51,448 nucleotides of DNA from Octopus sinensis (Eukaryota), in NCBI RefSeq assembly GCF_006345805.1, contig NW_021834162.1:1-51448 (forward strand), read 5' to 3'. Of the stretch, positions 26,701 through 36,849 are shown piece after piece (the first letter of the stretch is position 1; every line of letters starts with the position of its first letter). Under the pieces are notes generated by a model. It had not been told where the DNA came from, made no database searches, and saw only the letters and a program-made list of their open reading frames with translations. Position numbers and translations under genes: made by a program.

Positions 26701-28140
26701 CATCTTGTTTGTTGTTGATGAGAAGAAATATCTGTCAAATGTAAATAAGGTAAATAATATAAATAATGTATATAATTCTTCATCTCTAAAATTCTCACTG
26801 AATTAGCTCCGCTGATTGACAGGTGACAGTCTCATTTAGAGAATGCGTGGGCTAAGACTACATGCCTTCATTGGTCAGTTAAAGTTGAGACAGTGTCACA
26901 TGACAACTTGCTGGGGCTGCCTGCTGGAGCCTAGCAGCAGGTATTTAAAGGGAAAAAAATTGACAAGACAGTCAGTCGCCCGCTGGCACTCCTTGACGCT
27001 ACATCGAAGAGGTCAGGGAACAGAAGAAAGAAGAAGAAAGAAGACATGCGCCCAACACCAGAGCTGAAGACACCTCCGAAAGGGGGAGGGGTGGGTGCCA
27101 TGTCAAAACGGTAGAGGAGTAGGGGCCGAAATCGGATGTAGTTCTTCCTGATAATGTCTTGAGCTAACTGGATCCTATAAAGGAGCTTTTGTGGTAGCAG
27201 ACCACGAAACACAGTTGAAATTCCTAAACCACTGTACTAATCACTAAAGTTTACATAACACTAACTGTTTCAGAACTTTGGCTCATATGTAAATAAACTT
27301 CCTTAATTACTATTGTTTAGTGCAAGGAAAGTTTGTAAAAGCATTTGCCCTTGCAATATGAAATTGCCAGCATTTAAAAAACTGTCCTAGTCAAAGCTAA
27401 GATGCCAATGAACATATTAAACAATAATTTTCCACAAGTGTTATATGCTTGAATTTGGAACTTCTTGATAGCTTATAATTTTTTCACATTAGCAAATTAT
27501 AATTAAAAGAAAAACTATTGTGTATAAGGCATAATATCTGTGAAAATAAGTGAATGAGACTGAAAGAAAACAGTGCTAAAATGTAAATACAACTGACAAG
27601 AGTTCAAGCCTTTATCAGTTGGGAAACTGTATCTGTTTGCTTGTTGTACTACAAAAAGCAGCAAAATGCTTCTCAGATCCCACCCTACTATACTAAAAAA
27701 AAAAGCAATGATATATATTGGAAAATGTAGTTCTAGAGACTATTGAAAAATAATAGAAAAGGTGGGATAGTCATGGCTGGAACATATATGATCAGCTAGA
27801 AAAATAAAATAAAATCCACTGGAATTATATAGTATGGTTTTAAAATATTAGGTTACAGTTTGATGTTTATGGAGCAATTTAGTGACTGAGTATCTGGTTT
27901 CAAATCTGTACTAGGCTGAGAGTCTGCTAAATTTTTACAAATAAAAACACTGAAATAAAGGAAATATTCATTAATATTAAGATAGTTTGTTAGTTACCTC
28001 CTGCTGCTAATTTTGTGTCATCACGGAACCATTCAATTGTAGGTTTTGGATCTGCACTGAGTTGACATTCCATCACAAGATTCTTACCAACTTGGCGAGT
28101 TGCTGGTTTGGTAGTGAAATTTGGTGCCAAGCCCTCTTGT
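2560..28140 (-). CDS. unc-22: Twitchin-like (UNC-22/projectin family) muscle Ig-domain protein, partial N-terminal region; 14-exon model open at both ends
   Basis: Spliced exons give tandem I-set Ig domains with P.FT.KP...MEC.L.ADPKP.I.W and D.G.YK.VAKN..GESNA.I.LNF motifs typical of N-terminal twitchin/projectin Igs, then an E/K-rich linker. Phases join once 1 nt is restored in the Ig2 exon. A DIM-1-like or other titin-family identity cannot be excluded without the kinase/Fn3 region. Confidence 0.75.
2991..3248. mobile_element. Foldback element with ~70-bp inverted arms and a tRNA-like core
   Basis: Arms 2991-3060 and ~3179-3248; the core on the minus strand has a B-box-like GTGAGTTCGACTCTC. 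Confidence 0.7.
3418..3746. mobile_element. Foldback element family with ATTAG(A/C)GA.AAAACCACTATT termini, copy 1
   Basis: Long inverted arms; same termini and same ttccctgtaa.tttgga...ccctaatatt flanking module as the copies at 15339 and 37914. Confidence 0.7.
3943..4343 (-). CDS. Twitchin-like exon: E/K-rich low-complexity linker (EEEEKKKK repeats)
   Basis: tattacAG acceptor, GTATGT donor; 401 nt, phase 1 to 0, open frame; overlaps ORF 3910..4311. Confidence 0.88.
4403..4820 (-). mobile_element. tRNA-derived SINE family A (head aggcgcaggagtggctgtgtggtaag, internal microsatellite)
   Basis: Matches other family A copies in the window; A/B-box-like head. Confidence 0.85.
5018..5261 (-). CDS. 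Twitchin-like exon: Ig6 body ([25 protein letters not shown]...[25 protein letters not shown])
   Basis: cattacAG acceptor, GTAAGC donor; 244 nt, phase 0 to 1; within ORF 5001..5345. Confidence 0.94.
5504..6028 (+). mobile_element. Chimeric tRNA-derived SINE (family B head/body + family D tail)
   Basis: Head gtggaggcacaatgatccagtggttagggcag; junction cacttgtacattaat|aagtgagctgtgacatcactggtgcc. Confidence 0.82.
6620..6780 (-). mobile_element. Degenerate SINE family F copy
   Basis: gaaaggatgaaaggtaaagtcgactttggcagaatctgaattcag...gccaccttaa. Confidence 0.7.
6893..6954 (-). CDS. Twitchin-like exon: Ig6 start ([20 protein letters not shown])
   Basis: cttttcAG acceptor, GTAAGA donor; 62 nt, phase 1 to 0. 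Confidence 0.9.
7065..7152 (-). CDS. Twitchin-like exon: Ig5 end ([29 protein letters not shown])
   Basis: ttttaccttcAG acceptor, GTATGT donor; 88 nt, phase 0 to 1. Confidence 0.9.
7251..7354 (-). mobile_element. SINE family E head fragment
   Basis: Reverse complement of the 31037 head. Confidence 0.8.
8225..8621 (+). mobile_element. Non-autonomous Helitron-like element
   Basis: Starts A|TC..tatatataaagctgaa; ends with GC hairpin cccaagcaacgccggg then ctaag (CTRR-like). Confidence 0.65.
8674..8929 (-). CDS. Twitchin-like exon: charged linker + Ig5 first part ([18 protein letters not shown]...[21 protein letters not shown]...)
   Basis: ctttggcAG acceptor, GTAATT donor; 256 nt, phase 2 to 0. 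Confidence 0.9.
9076..9464 (-). mobile_element. SINE family B copy
   Basis: Reverse complement of 41053-41428. Confidence 0.88.
9677..10121 (+). mobile_element. SINE family A copy
   Basis: Head, internal (TA)n(TG)n, tail actgaaacaa.taaaag. Confidence 0.85.
10925..11016 (-). CDS. Twitchin-like exon: Ig4 end ([30 protein letters not shown])
   Basis: tgttttAG acceptor, GTAAGT donor; 92 nt, phase 0 to 2. Confidence 0.94.
11266..11554 (-). mobile_element. SINE with family B head and a different tail
   Basis: Head matches family B; 3' part (ctgttggcctgctcgcttagccagcgggg...) differs. Confidence 0.78.
12074..12300 (-). CDS. Twitchin-like exon: Ig4 first part ([47 protein letters not shown]...)
   Basis: ttttcAG acceptor, GTAAGA donor; 227 nt, phase 1 to 0. 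Confidence 0.94.
13258..13348 (-). CDS. Twitchin-like exon: Ig3 end ([30 protein letters not shown])
   Basis: tttgcAG acceptor, GTAAAT donor; 91 nt, phase 0 to 1. Confidence 0.94.
14041..14326 (-). mobile_element. SINE family D copy
   Basis: Reverse complement of 50788-51120. Confidence 0.85.
14382..14598 (-). CDS. Twitchin-like exon: Ig3 first part ([16 protein letters not shown]...[18 protein letters not shown]...YIIVLTIK)
   Basis: AG acceptor, GTAAGT donor; 217 nt, phase 2 to 0. Confidence 0.93.
14825..14834 (-). CDS. 10-nt microexon GTAAACAAAC (G-K-Q-T linker between Ig2 and Ig3)
   Basis: Long pyrimidine tract + atAG acceptor, GTAAGTA donor; phase 1 to 2 bridges the otherwise incompatible flanking exons. 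Confidence 0.85.
15339..15633. mobile_element. Same foldback family, copy 2
   Basis: attagagacaaaaccactattttgcaaaacaaacaag / cttgtttgttttgcaaaatagtggttttgtctctaat. Confidence 0.72.
15725..15930. repeat. (TA)n-rich compound microsatellite
   Basis: Direct reading; one of many (TA)n, (CA)n and (TACA)n tracts. Confidence 0.95.
17529..17864 (-). mobile_element. SINE family D copy
   Basis: Reverse complement of 50788-51120. Confidence 0.83.
20068..20372 (-). CDS. Twitchin-like exon: complete Ig2, with apparent 1-nt deletion near 20127
   Basis: tgtgttttAG acceptor, GTAAGT donor; [19 protein letters not shown]...DGGEY, then the frame shifts to [19 protein letters not shown]; 305 nt where the phases require 306. 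Confidence 0.92.
22222..22616 (+). mobile_element. SINE family A copy
   Basis: Full-length match to family A. Confidence 0.88.
24192..24237 (-). ncRNA. Minimal type-I hammerhead-ribozyme-like motif (Penelope/retrozyme type)
   Basis: TCT-CTGATGA-AGG(tatataataaatat)CCT-G-GAA-ACAGCTGT-A-AGA: intact core, 3-bp stem I, palindromic stem III, GUA site; one extra G before GAAA. Confidence 0.55.
24947..25218 (+). repeat. Minisatellite, 8 x 34 bp (cttctgctttgagcttagattctgttgagatcaa), inside a degenerate family F SINE
   Basis: Units start at 24947, 24981, 25015, 25049, 25083, 25117, 25151, 25185; no spacers. Confidence 0.95.
25547..25702 (-). CDS. Twitchin-like exon: Ig1 second half ([52 protein letters not shown])
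   Basis: ttcctttcAG acceptor, GTAAGT donor; 156 nt, phase 1 to 1; overlaps ORF 25494..25691. Confidence 0.95.
26161..26472 (-). mobile_element. SINE family C copy
   Basis: Reverse complement of 32390-32686. Confidence 0.8.
26679..26742. repeat. 64-nt hairpin (26-bp arms, 12-nt loop)
   Basis: acatttgacggatatttgtcctcatc / gatgagaagaaatatctgtcaaatgt. Confidence 0.85.
27998..28140 (-). CDS. Twitchin-like exon: Ig1 first half ([47 protein letters not shown])
   Basis: ttcttatctacAG acceptor, GTaact donor; 143 nt, phase 2 to 1; not in the ORF track. Confidence 0.93.
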
Positions 28141-28312
28141 CTGTAGATAAGAATTAAAGATTTTTAAATATAAGCTTCATCACTAAGTTGTTATATCTAA
28201 ACAGAAATAAAGCTAACTATATTTATTTTAAAATTTCATAAATATCTCATATTTTTCAATTCCAGTAATAGCAGACAAATCCCAATAAAGTTTTCTTTTT
28301 CTCTCTCGTCAC

Positions 28313-29298
28313 CACCTAGGCAACGAAGTCTGTAGTGGGGGTAGCTGCTCTGAGAGTGTAACAACTTGAGTAAGAATAGCCTGGGAAAAGTTCCGGGAGC
28401 TCCTACTTCTACTGGCAACTAAGGGCTTCTCGCTCAGGGTGAAAGGTAGACTGTACGATGCATATGTGTGAACTGCCATGCTACACAGCAGTGAAATATG
28501 AACCATGAAAGCTGAGGACATGCGTAGGCTTGAAAGAAATGAAGCTAGTATGATCTGCTGGATGTGTAATGTCAGTGTGCATACACGACAGAGTGTAAGT
28601 ATCCCGAGAGAAAAGTCGGGCATAAGAAGCATCAAATGTGGTGTGCAAGAGAGGCCTCTGCATTGGTATGGCCATGTCTTATGTATGAATGAAGACAGCT
28701 GTGTGTGGAAGGGCCACTCCTTAACTGTACAAGAAACTTGTGGAAGAGGTAGATCCAGAATGACATGGGAAGGGGTTGTGAAGCATAACCTTTGAACATT
28801 GGGCCTCACAGAGGCAATGATGGGAGACTGGGACCTTTGGAGATTGAGAAGACCTGGCAACTAAAGTGAGATTGCAGCTACGTATGTCTAGCCCTGATGC
28901 GTCGAACAATATAATATGCTTGAGAAGACCTGTTGAGTCAAGTAAAACCACTATCGTTGCTGTGGCCAGTGCCCCCTGACCGGCTTCCATGCCGGTGGCA
29001 CATAAAAAGCACCAACCAATCATGGCTGATGCCAGTACCTCCTGACTGGCTTTTGTGCTGGTGGCATGTAAAAAGCTCCATCTGAATGTGATCGATGCCA
29101 GGCCTGCCTGGCTGGCTCCCATGCTGGTGTCACGTAAAAAGCAGCCACTACGCTCTCGGAGTGGTTGGCATTAGGAAGAGCATCCAGCTGTAGAAACTTT
29201 GCCAGATCAGATTGGAGCCTGGTGCAGCCTCCTGACTCTCCAGACCTCAGTCAAATTTGTCCAACCCATGCCAGACGTTAAACGATGATGATGATGAT
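28313..29298 (+). mobile_element. 5'-truncated RTE-clade LINE (ORF2 C-terminus with stops, 3' UTR, (GAT)n tail)
   Basis: Translates to ..VRIAWEKFRELL..KGFSLRVKGRLYD..MKAEDMRRLERNEASM..LHWYGHVL..GRGRSRMTW.. Confidence 0.88.
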
Positions 29299-30142
29299 CA
29301 TCATCATCATCATAAAAATTAAATCAACTAGTTGCATCATGGATAGTATACATTTAAAAAGTAATATAATCTTTATAATTAGAATACAACTAGAACATTG
29401 AAGAAAAAGTTTTTGGCTCCATCACAATATCCACAATTCTTCAGTGCATTTATTACACAAATGGAGTATATTTTACTTTAAGTAAAATATTATCTTCACA
29501 CAGTGGACACACATTCTATGAAAGATGCTCAAATTTTCAAATTGTACTTAAAATTTTATTACATGTAGCACTTAACTAATTTAACTTTGCTTACCACATA
29601 GAAAATTCAATGCTATGACCATTAAGCAAACAAACAAACCGGTAGCTACAGCAAGTTTGTTTAAGATTCAACAACCATAGGAAAGCTATGGAAGACCAAA
29701 GCATCCATACTGATGTCCTAAACATTTAGTATTCACTTAATTACAAAACATTAGGGATTGTTGCTATTTCTTAATCAATATTGCTAACAGCTATTAAGAA
29801 CTGTTTTTCGACTGATACTATAGTTTTGTAAAGGTTATTGTCATTACTAGTTTATAATTCTTGTAAGAACGATATTTTCGTACAAAACCATATTATGCAT
29901 TCACATTTTTTAAATAAAAGAATATGTGTATTCTAATATTCCATCTGTGGCAAGATTTGGAAATATTTCAGCAATAATATTTATAAATATGCTTCTTTGT
30001 ATGTTATTGTTCACAGTAAATGACTTCAGAATTTCTAATAAACATTTATCAAAACTATAAAATATTTTTATTAGTGCAGGTTGGTTAGATTCTCTCTGTT
30101 CAGTATACATCCTATGAATTAGTTTCTGTTTGGCAGACATCT

Positions 30143-30400
30143 GTGGATGTGCGTGGCTTAGTGGTTAGGGTGTCAGCCTCATGATCGTAAGATTGTGGTT
30201 TCAATTCCTAAACCGGGCGACGCGTTGTGTTCTTGAGCAAAACACTTCATTTCACGTTTCTCCAGTCCACTCAGCTGGCAAAACTGAGTAACGCTGCGAT
30301 GGACTGGTGTCCCGTTCAGCTCGGGAACGCATACGCCATGGAAACCGGGAAACCAGGCCCATGAGCCTGGCTAGGCTTTAAAAAAGGGCGCATTTATTTA
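30143..30400 (+). mobile_element. SINE family E copy
   Basis: gcgtggcttagtggttagggtgtcagc...ggctttaaaaaagggcgcattta. Confidence 0.88.
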
Positions 30401-30418
30401 ATTTTTTTACACAATGTG

Positions 30419-30602
30419 TTCCCCAGCTGTACGGGACGCCAGTCCATCGCAGCGTTACTCATTTTTGCCAGCAGAGTGGACTGGAGTAACGTGAAATGAA
30501 GTGTTTTGCTCAAGAATACAACGCGTTGCCCGGTCCAGGAATCGAAACCACAATCTTACGATCACGATGCTGACACCCTAACCACTAAGTCACGCGCCTC
30601 CA
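30419..30602 (-). mobile_element. SINE family E copy (3'-truncated), inverted relative to its neighbour
   Basis: Reverse complement of the first ~185 nt of family E. Confidence 0.88.
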
Positions 30603-31036
30603 TATTGCTAAATATTGGTGGTAAATAATTAAAATTTTACAAACAACACAGGAAGTAAACCTTTTTAATTTATTTTTATAGTAATGTGAAGTAAACATCT
30701 AAACTTCAAAGAAATCGTTATTCATTACTCTCATCAAAAGGTTAATGTACTTTCATACATTATACAAGAATATAAATTATATAATTATAAACAAAGTATA
30801 TGATTTATTTAGAGAAAAAGCGATACTGAATATTATTTTTGACAGTGGAATGTGAAATAGATAAAGCTATAAATAATAACGTTTAGAGATTGGGTCAAAA
30901 TATATTTGGGCGAGAGAAGTCGAAGGCCACTCATGGGTCTGAAGCCTATATATTCTCTATCCATGTCAGACGTTCTACCATTGTACCAAAGTGATCCGGT
31001 GAATACTGAATGTTTTCGTTTTGTACTGTTTTTATT

Positions 31037-31292
31037 GTGGAGGCGCGTGGCTTAGTGGTTAGGGTGTCAGCACCATGATCGTAAGATTGTGGTTTCGATT
31101 CCTGGACCGGGCGTCGCGTTGTGTTCCTGAGCAAAACACTTCATTTCACGCTGCTCTAGTCCACTCAGCTGGCAAAAATGAGTAACGCTGCGATGGACTG
31201 GCGTCCCGTCCAGCTGGGGAACACATACGCCATTGAAACCGGGAAACCGGGCCCATGAGCCTGGTTAGGCTTTAAAAAGGGCGCATTTATTA
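31037..31292 (+). mobile_element. SINE family E copy
   Basis: Full-length match. Confidence 0.9.
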
Positions 31293-31676
31293 TTTTTGTT
31301 TACTGCTTTTATTAGAAACAATAGATTGCTTATGTTAAACATTATTAATATTTGGTCTGGATAGAAATTTTAAATATATAGAACCTTAGTTACATCCTTT
31401 ACTTTTTTAAAGCAGTTGTAACCTTCTGACTTGACACCATTACACATCTATCTTGGAACTGAAGATGTTTACATATTCGCTATTAGTCAAATATATGGTA
31501 AGTTATGAGGAAATACGTATTTAAAAGCTTACTTTCATTCATAACTGTTCTCAGATTCAACATGATACATTTCATAGAATATTTTTTTTTTTGAGAAAAG
31601 AAATTCTATTTAATACTCTTTAAAAATATTGAACTTATTTTGAAAAATAATATTTGCTAATGTTTACCATAACTTG

Positions 31677-31816
31677 TAGGCGTAGGAGTGGCTTACCAAC
31701 CACATGGTTCCGGGTTCAGTCCCACTGTGGGGCACCTTGGGTAAGTGTCTTCTACTATAGCCTCGGGCCGACCAAAGCCTTGTGAGTGGATTTGGTAAGG
31801 AAAACTGAAGCCCGCC

Positions 31817-31856
<40 letters not shown>

Positions 31857-32017
31857 GTGTGTGTATAAGTTTGTGTGTGTCTGTGTTTGTCTCTCCAACA
31901 TCACTTGACCGCTAGTGTGGTTACGTCGCTGTAACTTAGCGATTCGGCAAAAGAGACCGATAGAATAAGTCCTGGGGGTGATTTGCTCGACTAAATGACT
32001 GAAACAAGTAAAAGAGT
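31677..32017 (+). mobile_element. SINE family A copy
   Basis: Match with small internal deletions. Confidence 0.85.
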
Positions 32018-32389
32018 ATAACTAGAAAATAGGGTTATAGTTCTTTTCTACTATGGTAAATGATATTTTTAATATATTTTGATTTTGTATTATTTAGGAA
32101 AATTTGAGTGGTTAACTAAACTGCATGGCTGCATTTTTTAGCAAACATAATTGATAGTAGTAGGTTGTAACTTGCAAAATAAATGTAATCAAACTTTGAG
32201 ACTGTCAAAACAAAATGAAAGACGTAGATTTCAGCTTGCCTAATACTTAAAGATCATTGGTTTCAGTCATAGAACTTTGGTTATGCTGGGGTGCTGTCTT
32301 TAAGAGTTTAGTCATCCTCATTAGTCCCAATACCCTTTTCAGGGAGTTGCTAACTTTATTGATCTTTGTTGACCACTAACTTACAGAAA

Positions 32390-32686
32390 GTGGAGGCACA
32401 TGGCCTAGTGGTTAGAGCAGCGGACTCGCGGTCGAGGGATCGCGGGTTCGAATCTCAGACCGGGCAATGTGTGTGCTTATGAGCGAAGCACCTAAGCTCC
32501 ACACGGCTCCGAACTTCTGCTGACTTTTTTGCCACAATTTTCTCTCACTCTTTTCCCCTGCATCTTGCCGCTCACCTGCGACGGATCGGCATCCTGTCCA
32601 GGTGGGGAACCTATACGCTTAGGAAACCGGGAAACCGGCCCTTATAAGCCAGGCGTGGCTCGAGAAGGAACAAACAACAGCAACAA
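32390..32686 (+). mobile_element. SINE family C copy
   Basis: gtggaggcacatggcctagtggttagagcagcggactcgcgg...ggttcgaatctc (A/B boxes); (AAC)n tail. Confidence 0.85.
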
Positions 32687-32842
32687 GTTAGAGAACACAA
32701 TGGGAACATGTGCGCGAGTGGAATGTACCTATAAACCCGCGCACACATATAAGTGCGTATATATGTGGTCTAAATATCTTTGTTGTTTATATTTATACAC
32801 ATAAACGACAACATACTTTATAAACAATTTTGTAGTAAGTTG

Positions 32843-33298
32843 TGACCCCCTTCGGTCATGAATGACCATGGGATTGCACCTAGAAAGTTACCCTCCGAGG
32901 CACAAGTCTGGGCAAGGTTGTTTATGGAAGACCAGCAGTCGCCCAAGCATACCAGCCTCCCCTCTCTACGCCACCGATGTTATCCAAGGGAAAGGCAAAG
33001 GTCGATACAGCTTGGCACCAGTGATGTCGCAACTCATTTATTAACGTGCAAGTGGCTGAGCACCCCACAGACACATGTACCCTTATCGTAGTTCTCGGGG
33101 AGATTCAGCGTGACACAGAGTATGACAAGGCTGGCCCCTTTGAAATACAAGTACAACAGAAACAGGGAGAAAGAGTGAGAGAAAGTTGTGGTGAAAGAGT
33201 ACAGCAGGGTTTTCGCTCAATAAACACTCACAAATGCCCGGTCTGGGAATTGAAACCGCGAGTCCGCTGCCCTAACCACTGGGCCATTGCGCTTCCAC
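32843..33298 (-). mobile_element. Chimeric SINE (family B head/body + family D tail), second copy
   Basis: Same junction as 5504-6028 on the minus strand. Confidence 0.82.
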
Positions 33299-33887
33299 TT
33301 TTATAAACAATATGTTCATGATTACACACATGCACACACGTGTGCACATGCGTGTGTGCAAATAGGGAACAAATTTTCTTCCAAACAAGTTTTATTAAAG
33401 ACAAGACTGCTTTCGTGTTTTATCTTTATTATCAAATATTTTCCATCTTTCCTTATTATTATTTCATGTTTAGTTTGAAACAATAGTTCTCTTAAATTAA
33501 CCCTTCAAAACTTTCTCGACCTCATTATCACAATAAAATGATAATAATGCTATGGTGTACGCATACTTTGCAGTAGGTTGCAAAGGATCGTGAAAATACT
33601 TATATAACTGATAAAATCGTCATGCTAGATTTAAAATTATTCATGGGTTAACTCTTTGTAGATTCCTTGTATATCCATTTACATATGCTTTATGTGTGCT
33701 TTGATGTTTGGATTGTATTTTGCTATTAGTAATATTCCATAATATTTCATAATAAATCTTCTCATTTGTGGAATTCTGTATAAAATATGTTGTAGTGTCA
33801 ATCAGTGTTTTTCTAAATTTTCTTTAGTGAAATGCATTAGAATGAGTTTACAGTGATTCTTTGAAGTATACTCTACACGTTTTACGC

Positions 33888-34224
33888 TTTGACCGCGGCC
33901 ATGCTGGAGCACCGCCTTTAGTTGAGCAAATTAACCCCAGGACTTATTTTTTGTAAGCCTACTTCTTAAACACACCAGCATCGGTTGTCAAGCGATGCTG
34001 GGGCGGGGTGCAAACACAGACATACACACCTATATATAAATACACACATACATATATACGACGGGCTTCTTCCAGTTTCCATCTACCAAATCCACTCATA
34101 AGGTTTTGGTCGGCCCGAGGCTATAGTAGAAGACACTTGCCCAAGGTGTCATGCAGTGGGACTGAACCTGGAACCATGTAGTTGGTAAGCAAGCTACTTA
34201 CCACACAGCCACTCTTGCGCCTAT
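33888..34224 (-). mobile_element. SINE family A copy
   Basis: Reverse-complement match. Confidence 0.85.
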
Positions 34225-34970
34225 ATGCATAAACAACCAAAAAGAAAGTGTAGTACTTGTGCATCTGGTATAAAAGTTCAAGTCTCGAACTTTTATACCA
34301 CTTCCGTGTTTATAATGAAATTTGTTGGTTGTCTGAAATATATTTCGCAGTTAAGCAGGATGTAGCTTAAAAGGCAGGAATTCCATTCTTGTATTTTTTT
34401 AATACATTCTAACGATGAGTTTGTGGTTAGACATGATATTTATGCCACAAACACACAGATAGATGGATAGATTGATAGATAGGGAAATAAACAGACAGGC
34501 AGAATACTCGTGTGTATGTTTGTGTATACAATTGAGGAGCTTCTACACATTTTCCAGGACAAATTCTATTCACACGACTTCAGTCAACCCAAGGCTAGAA
34601 AACAATTGTCCAAGGAGCTGTGCAGGGGCATCGGACTCAAAACCACATGGTAGCGAAGAACGCCTTATTCAAATATCCACATCTGTGACTGTATATATAA
34701 TGTTATATATACTTATGCGGCGTGGAAATAGATGCTAGGGTTAAACTTTGATCAGATAAGCATAGTACCATAAGTCAAATTCCTTATTTATATATAGTAT
34801 AAATTTTAGACGTTACCCATTCTCATTTTATACTTAATCCTTAATTTCTTCTCTGGATTAACCTTTCAATTGTACCATTTTGTTATTTAAGTACAATTCA
34901 GTGTTTTATTTGAGGAAAAGCAAAAATATTGATGTAGACGTTAAAAAACACTGACATTACACAATTAATA

Positions 34971-35224
34971 GTGGAGGCGCGTGGCTTAGTGGTTAGGGTG
35001 TCAGCATTATGATCGTAAGATTGTTGTTTCGATTCCTGGACCGGACGACGCGTTGTGTTCTTCAGCAAAACACTTCATTTCACGTTGCTCCAGTCCACTC
35101 AGCTGGCAAAAATGAGTAACTCTGCGACGGACTGGCTTCCCGTTCAGCTGGGGAACGCATACGCCATAGAAACCAGGAAATCGGGCCCATGAGCTTGGCT
35201 AGGCTTTAAAAAGGCGCATTTATT
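34971..35224 (+). mobile_element. SINE family E copy
   Basis: Full-length match. Confidence 0.9.
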
Positions 35225-35479
35225 AATTTTTTTTTTTACACAATTAATAAAAATACATTTAATTGAATTTTATCATTGATACAGAATGCCGATAGAATGA
35301 CAGTATAATTAATATAATTTATTTTAATGACTTCGAGGTGCGTTCATCATTAAAATTTAATAATTATTTTGTAGATAGAAAGAAACAAATTTTTAAAAGT
35401 ATAAACCTAAACTCCAAAGAAATATTAATCTGAGTACTGAGTACATGCCCCACAATCCTTAGTGAGCAGAAAGTGACGA

Positions 35480-36050
35480 TAGAAATGTTAATTTGACGGA
35501 AATGTTAGTATTCATTGCCTTCTCATCCTCTTCAAAACCAGCTAAATCGACAGAGTTAATGTTTCTCTTAAATAATTGCAAGTTGCTGACTGAATTTAAA
35601 ATATGAGCAGGGAGGGAATTCCAGAGGACCGGCGTTGTGAGGAAAAAACAGACTGAATGTAGTGATTAGTGCGGGGGTCGGGTGTTACGATATGAGTGCT
35701 TAGCGAAGAAGAAATGAATGAATTGGTAGTCCCTGAGAGGAGGAGTTAGCAGGAAAGTAGCCAACTCTAAGGATCAGAGGCCAATGTAATAGCAGTAAAA
35801 AGAAAGAAAAATGGAAAAAGGATAGACAACAGTGTTTGTGAACCAAACACTGGTGTTGGTCAGCGTCTGCATGCCAATCAATCAGATGAGCTTTTGGGTA
35901 TATGCAGTTTTGTATGTTTGTATGAATGGGAGCAATAGTCTCTTATTGGTCTCACTTTAGCTTCGTAGCGGTTCAACTGTTAATGAGGTGCTGGTGTCAT
36001 GAGACAGGATTTCAGCGCAAACTCACCAAACTTTGTTTTCAATCAATTTT
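35480..36050 (-). mobile_element. Degenerate Jockey/CR1-group LINE ORF2 C-terminal fragment
   Basis: Frameshifted translation: YEAKVRP..., FYCYYIGL*SLELA..., VLWNSLPAHIL..NLQLFKRNINS. Confidence 0.65.
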
Positions 36051-36154
36051 CAGGGAAGAATCTAAGAATTTTTCCAACAGGTGGAGATTAAAGATAGTTT
36101 TGTAAAGCACTCTCTTTTTCATAATAAACCATCACCATAAAACCCTAGACATTA

Positions 36155-36392
36155 TTGTCCCAAGTCCCAGGACTTATAGGGCCGGTTACCAGGTTTCTAT
36201 GGCGTATGAGGGATTGCTATCACACCTCCCCTAAAAGGGATGCCAGTAACAAGGTTACTCATTTACTGCTGAGTGAATTGGAGCAACATGAAATGAAGTG
36301 TTTTGCTCAAGAGCACAACGCAGGACCCAGTCCAGAAATTGAATCAGTGACCTTGTGATCTTGAGTACAGCATCCAAAGCCACGTATCTTCA
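36155..36392 (-). mobile_element. Older SINE related to families D/E with a variant tail
   Basis: gagcaacatgaaatgaagtgttttgctcaagagcacaacgc shared with D/E. Confidence 0.65.
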
Positions 36393-36685
36393 CTCATTAT
36401 AATGCAATTACAAGGTAATTTGGTAAAATATTGCGGTATTAAAAGTATTAAATGTAAATCTTTTCAGAGATACATATTTAGTGAAGCAAGTTTTCTAATT
36501 CTGCATAAGTGAGCAGATTCTTTTTATCTTGGAAATATTCAGTGTCATACAATGGCAATTTATGTGGACATCACTAGAATAGGGTTTCCATAAAATGCTT
36601 TAATTATTTCCATTTTCAGAGAGACTTGGATAATAAGATGAACAAATATACAATAGTTCAAATGGGGATCAATTTGAAAATTATT

Positions 36686-36849
36686 TTTTATCTGTTACAT
36701 GCTTCGATATTCTGAATACGACCATGCTGGGGCATACTTTGAAGGATTTTTGTCGAACAAATCGACTCCAGTACTTACTTTAAGCCCGATACTTATTCTG
36801 TCGGTCTCTTTTGTGGAGACGCTAAGTTACGGGTACGTAAACATACCAA
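36686..36849 (-). mobile_element. SINE family A 3' fragment, degenerate
   Basis: accatgctggggca...cgaacaaatcgactccagtactta...gtcggtctcttttg. Confidence 0.7.

Noticed and set aside
26843-27067. Plus-strand 74-aa ORF as a nested gene
   Set aside because: No recognisable domain or splice support.
32390-32470. SINE heads as tRNA genes
   Set aside because: They have A/B boxes but run into conserved non-tRNA bodies and lack a full cloverleaf.
35430-35720. Promoter or first exon (TCAGTC Inr-like, ATG nearby) of the twitchin-like gene
   Set aside because: Translates to the LWNSLP..LFKRNIN LINE ORF2 C-terminus.
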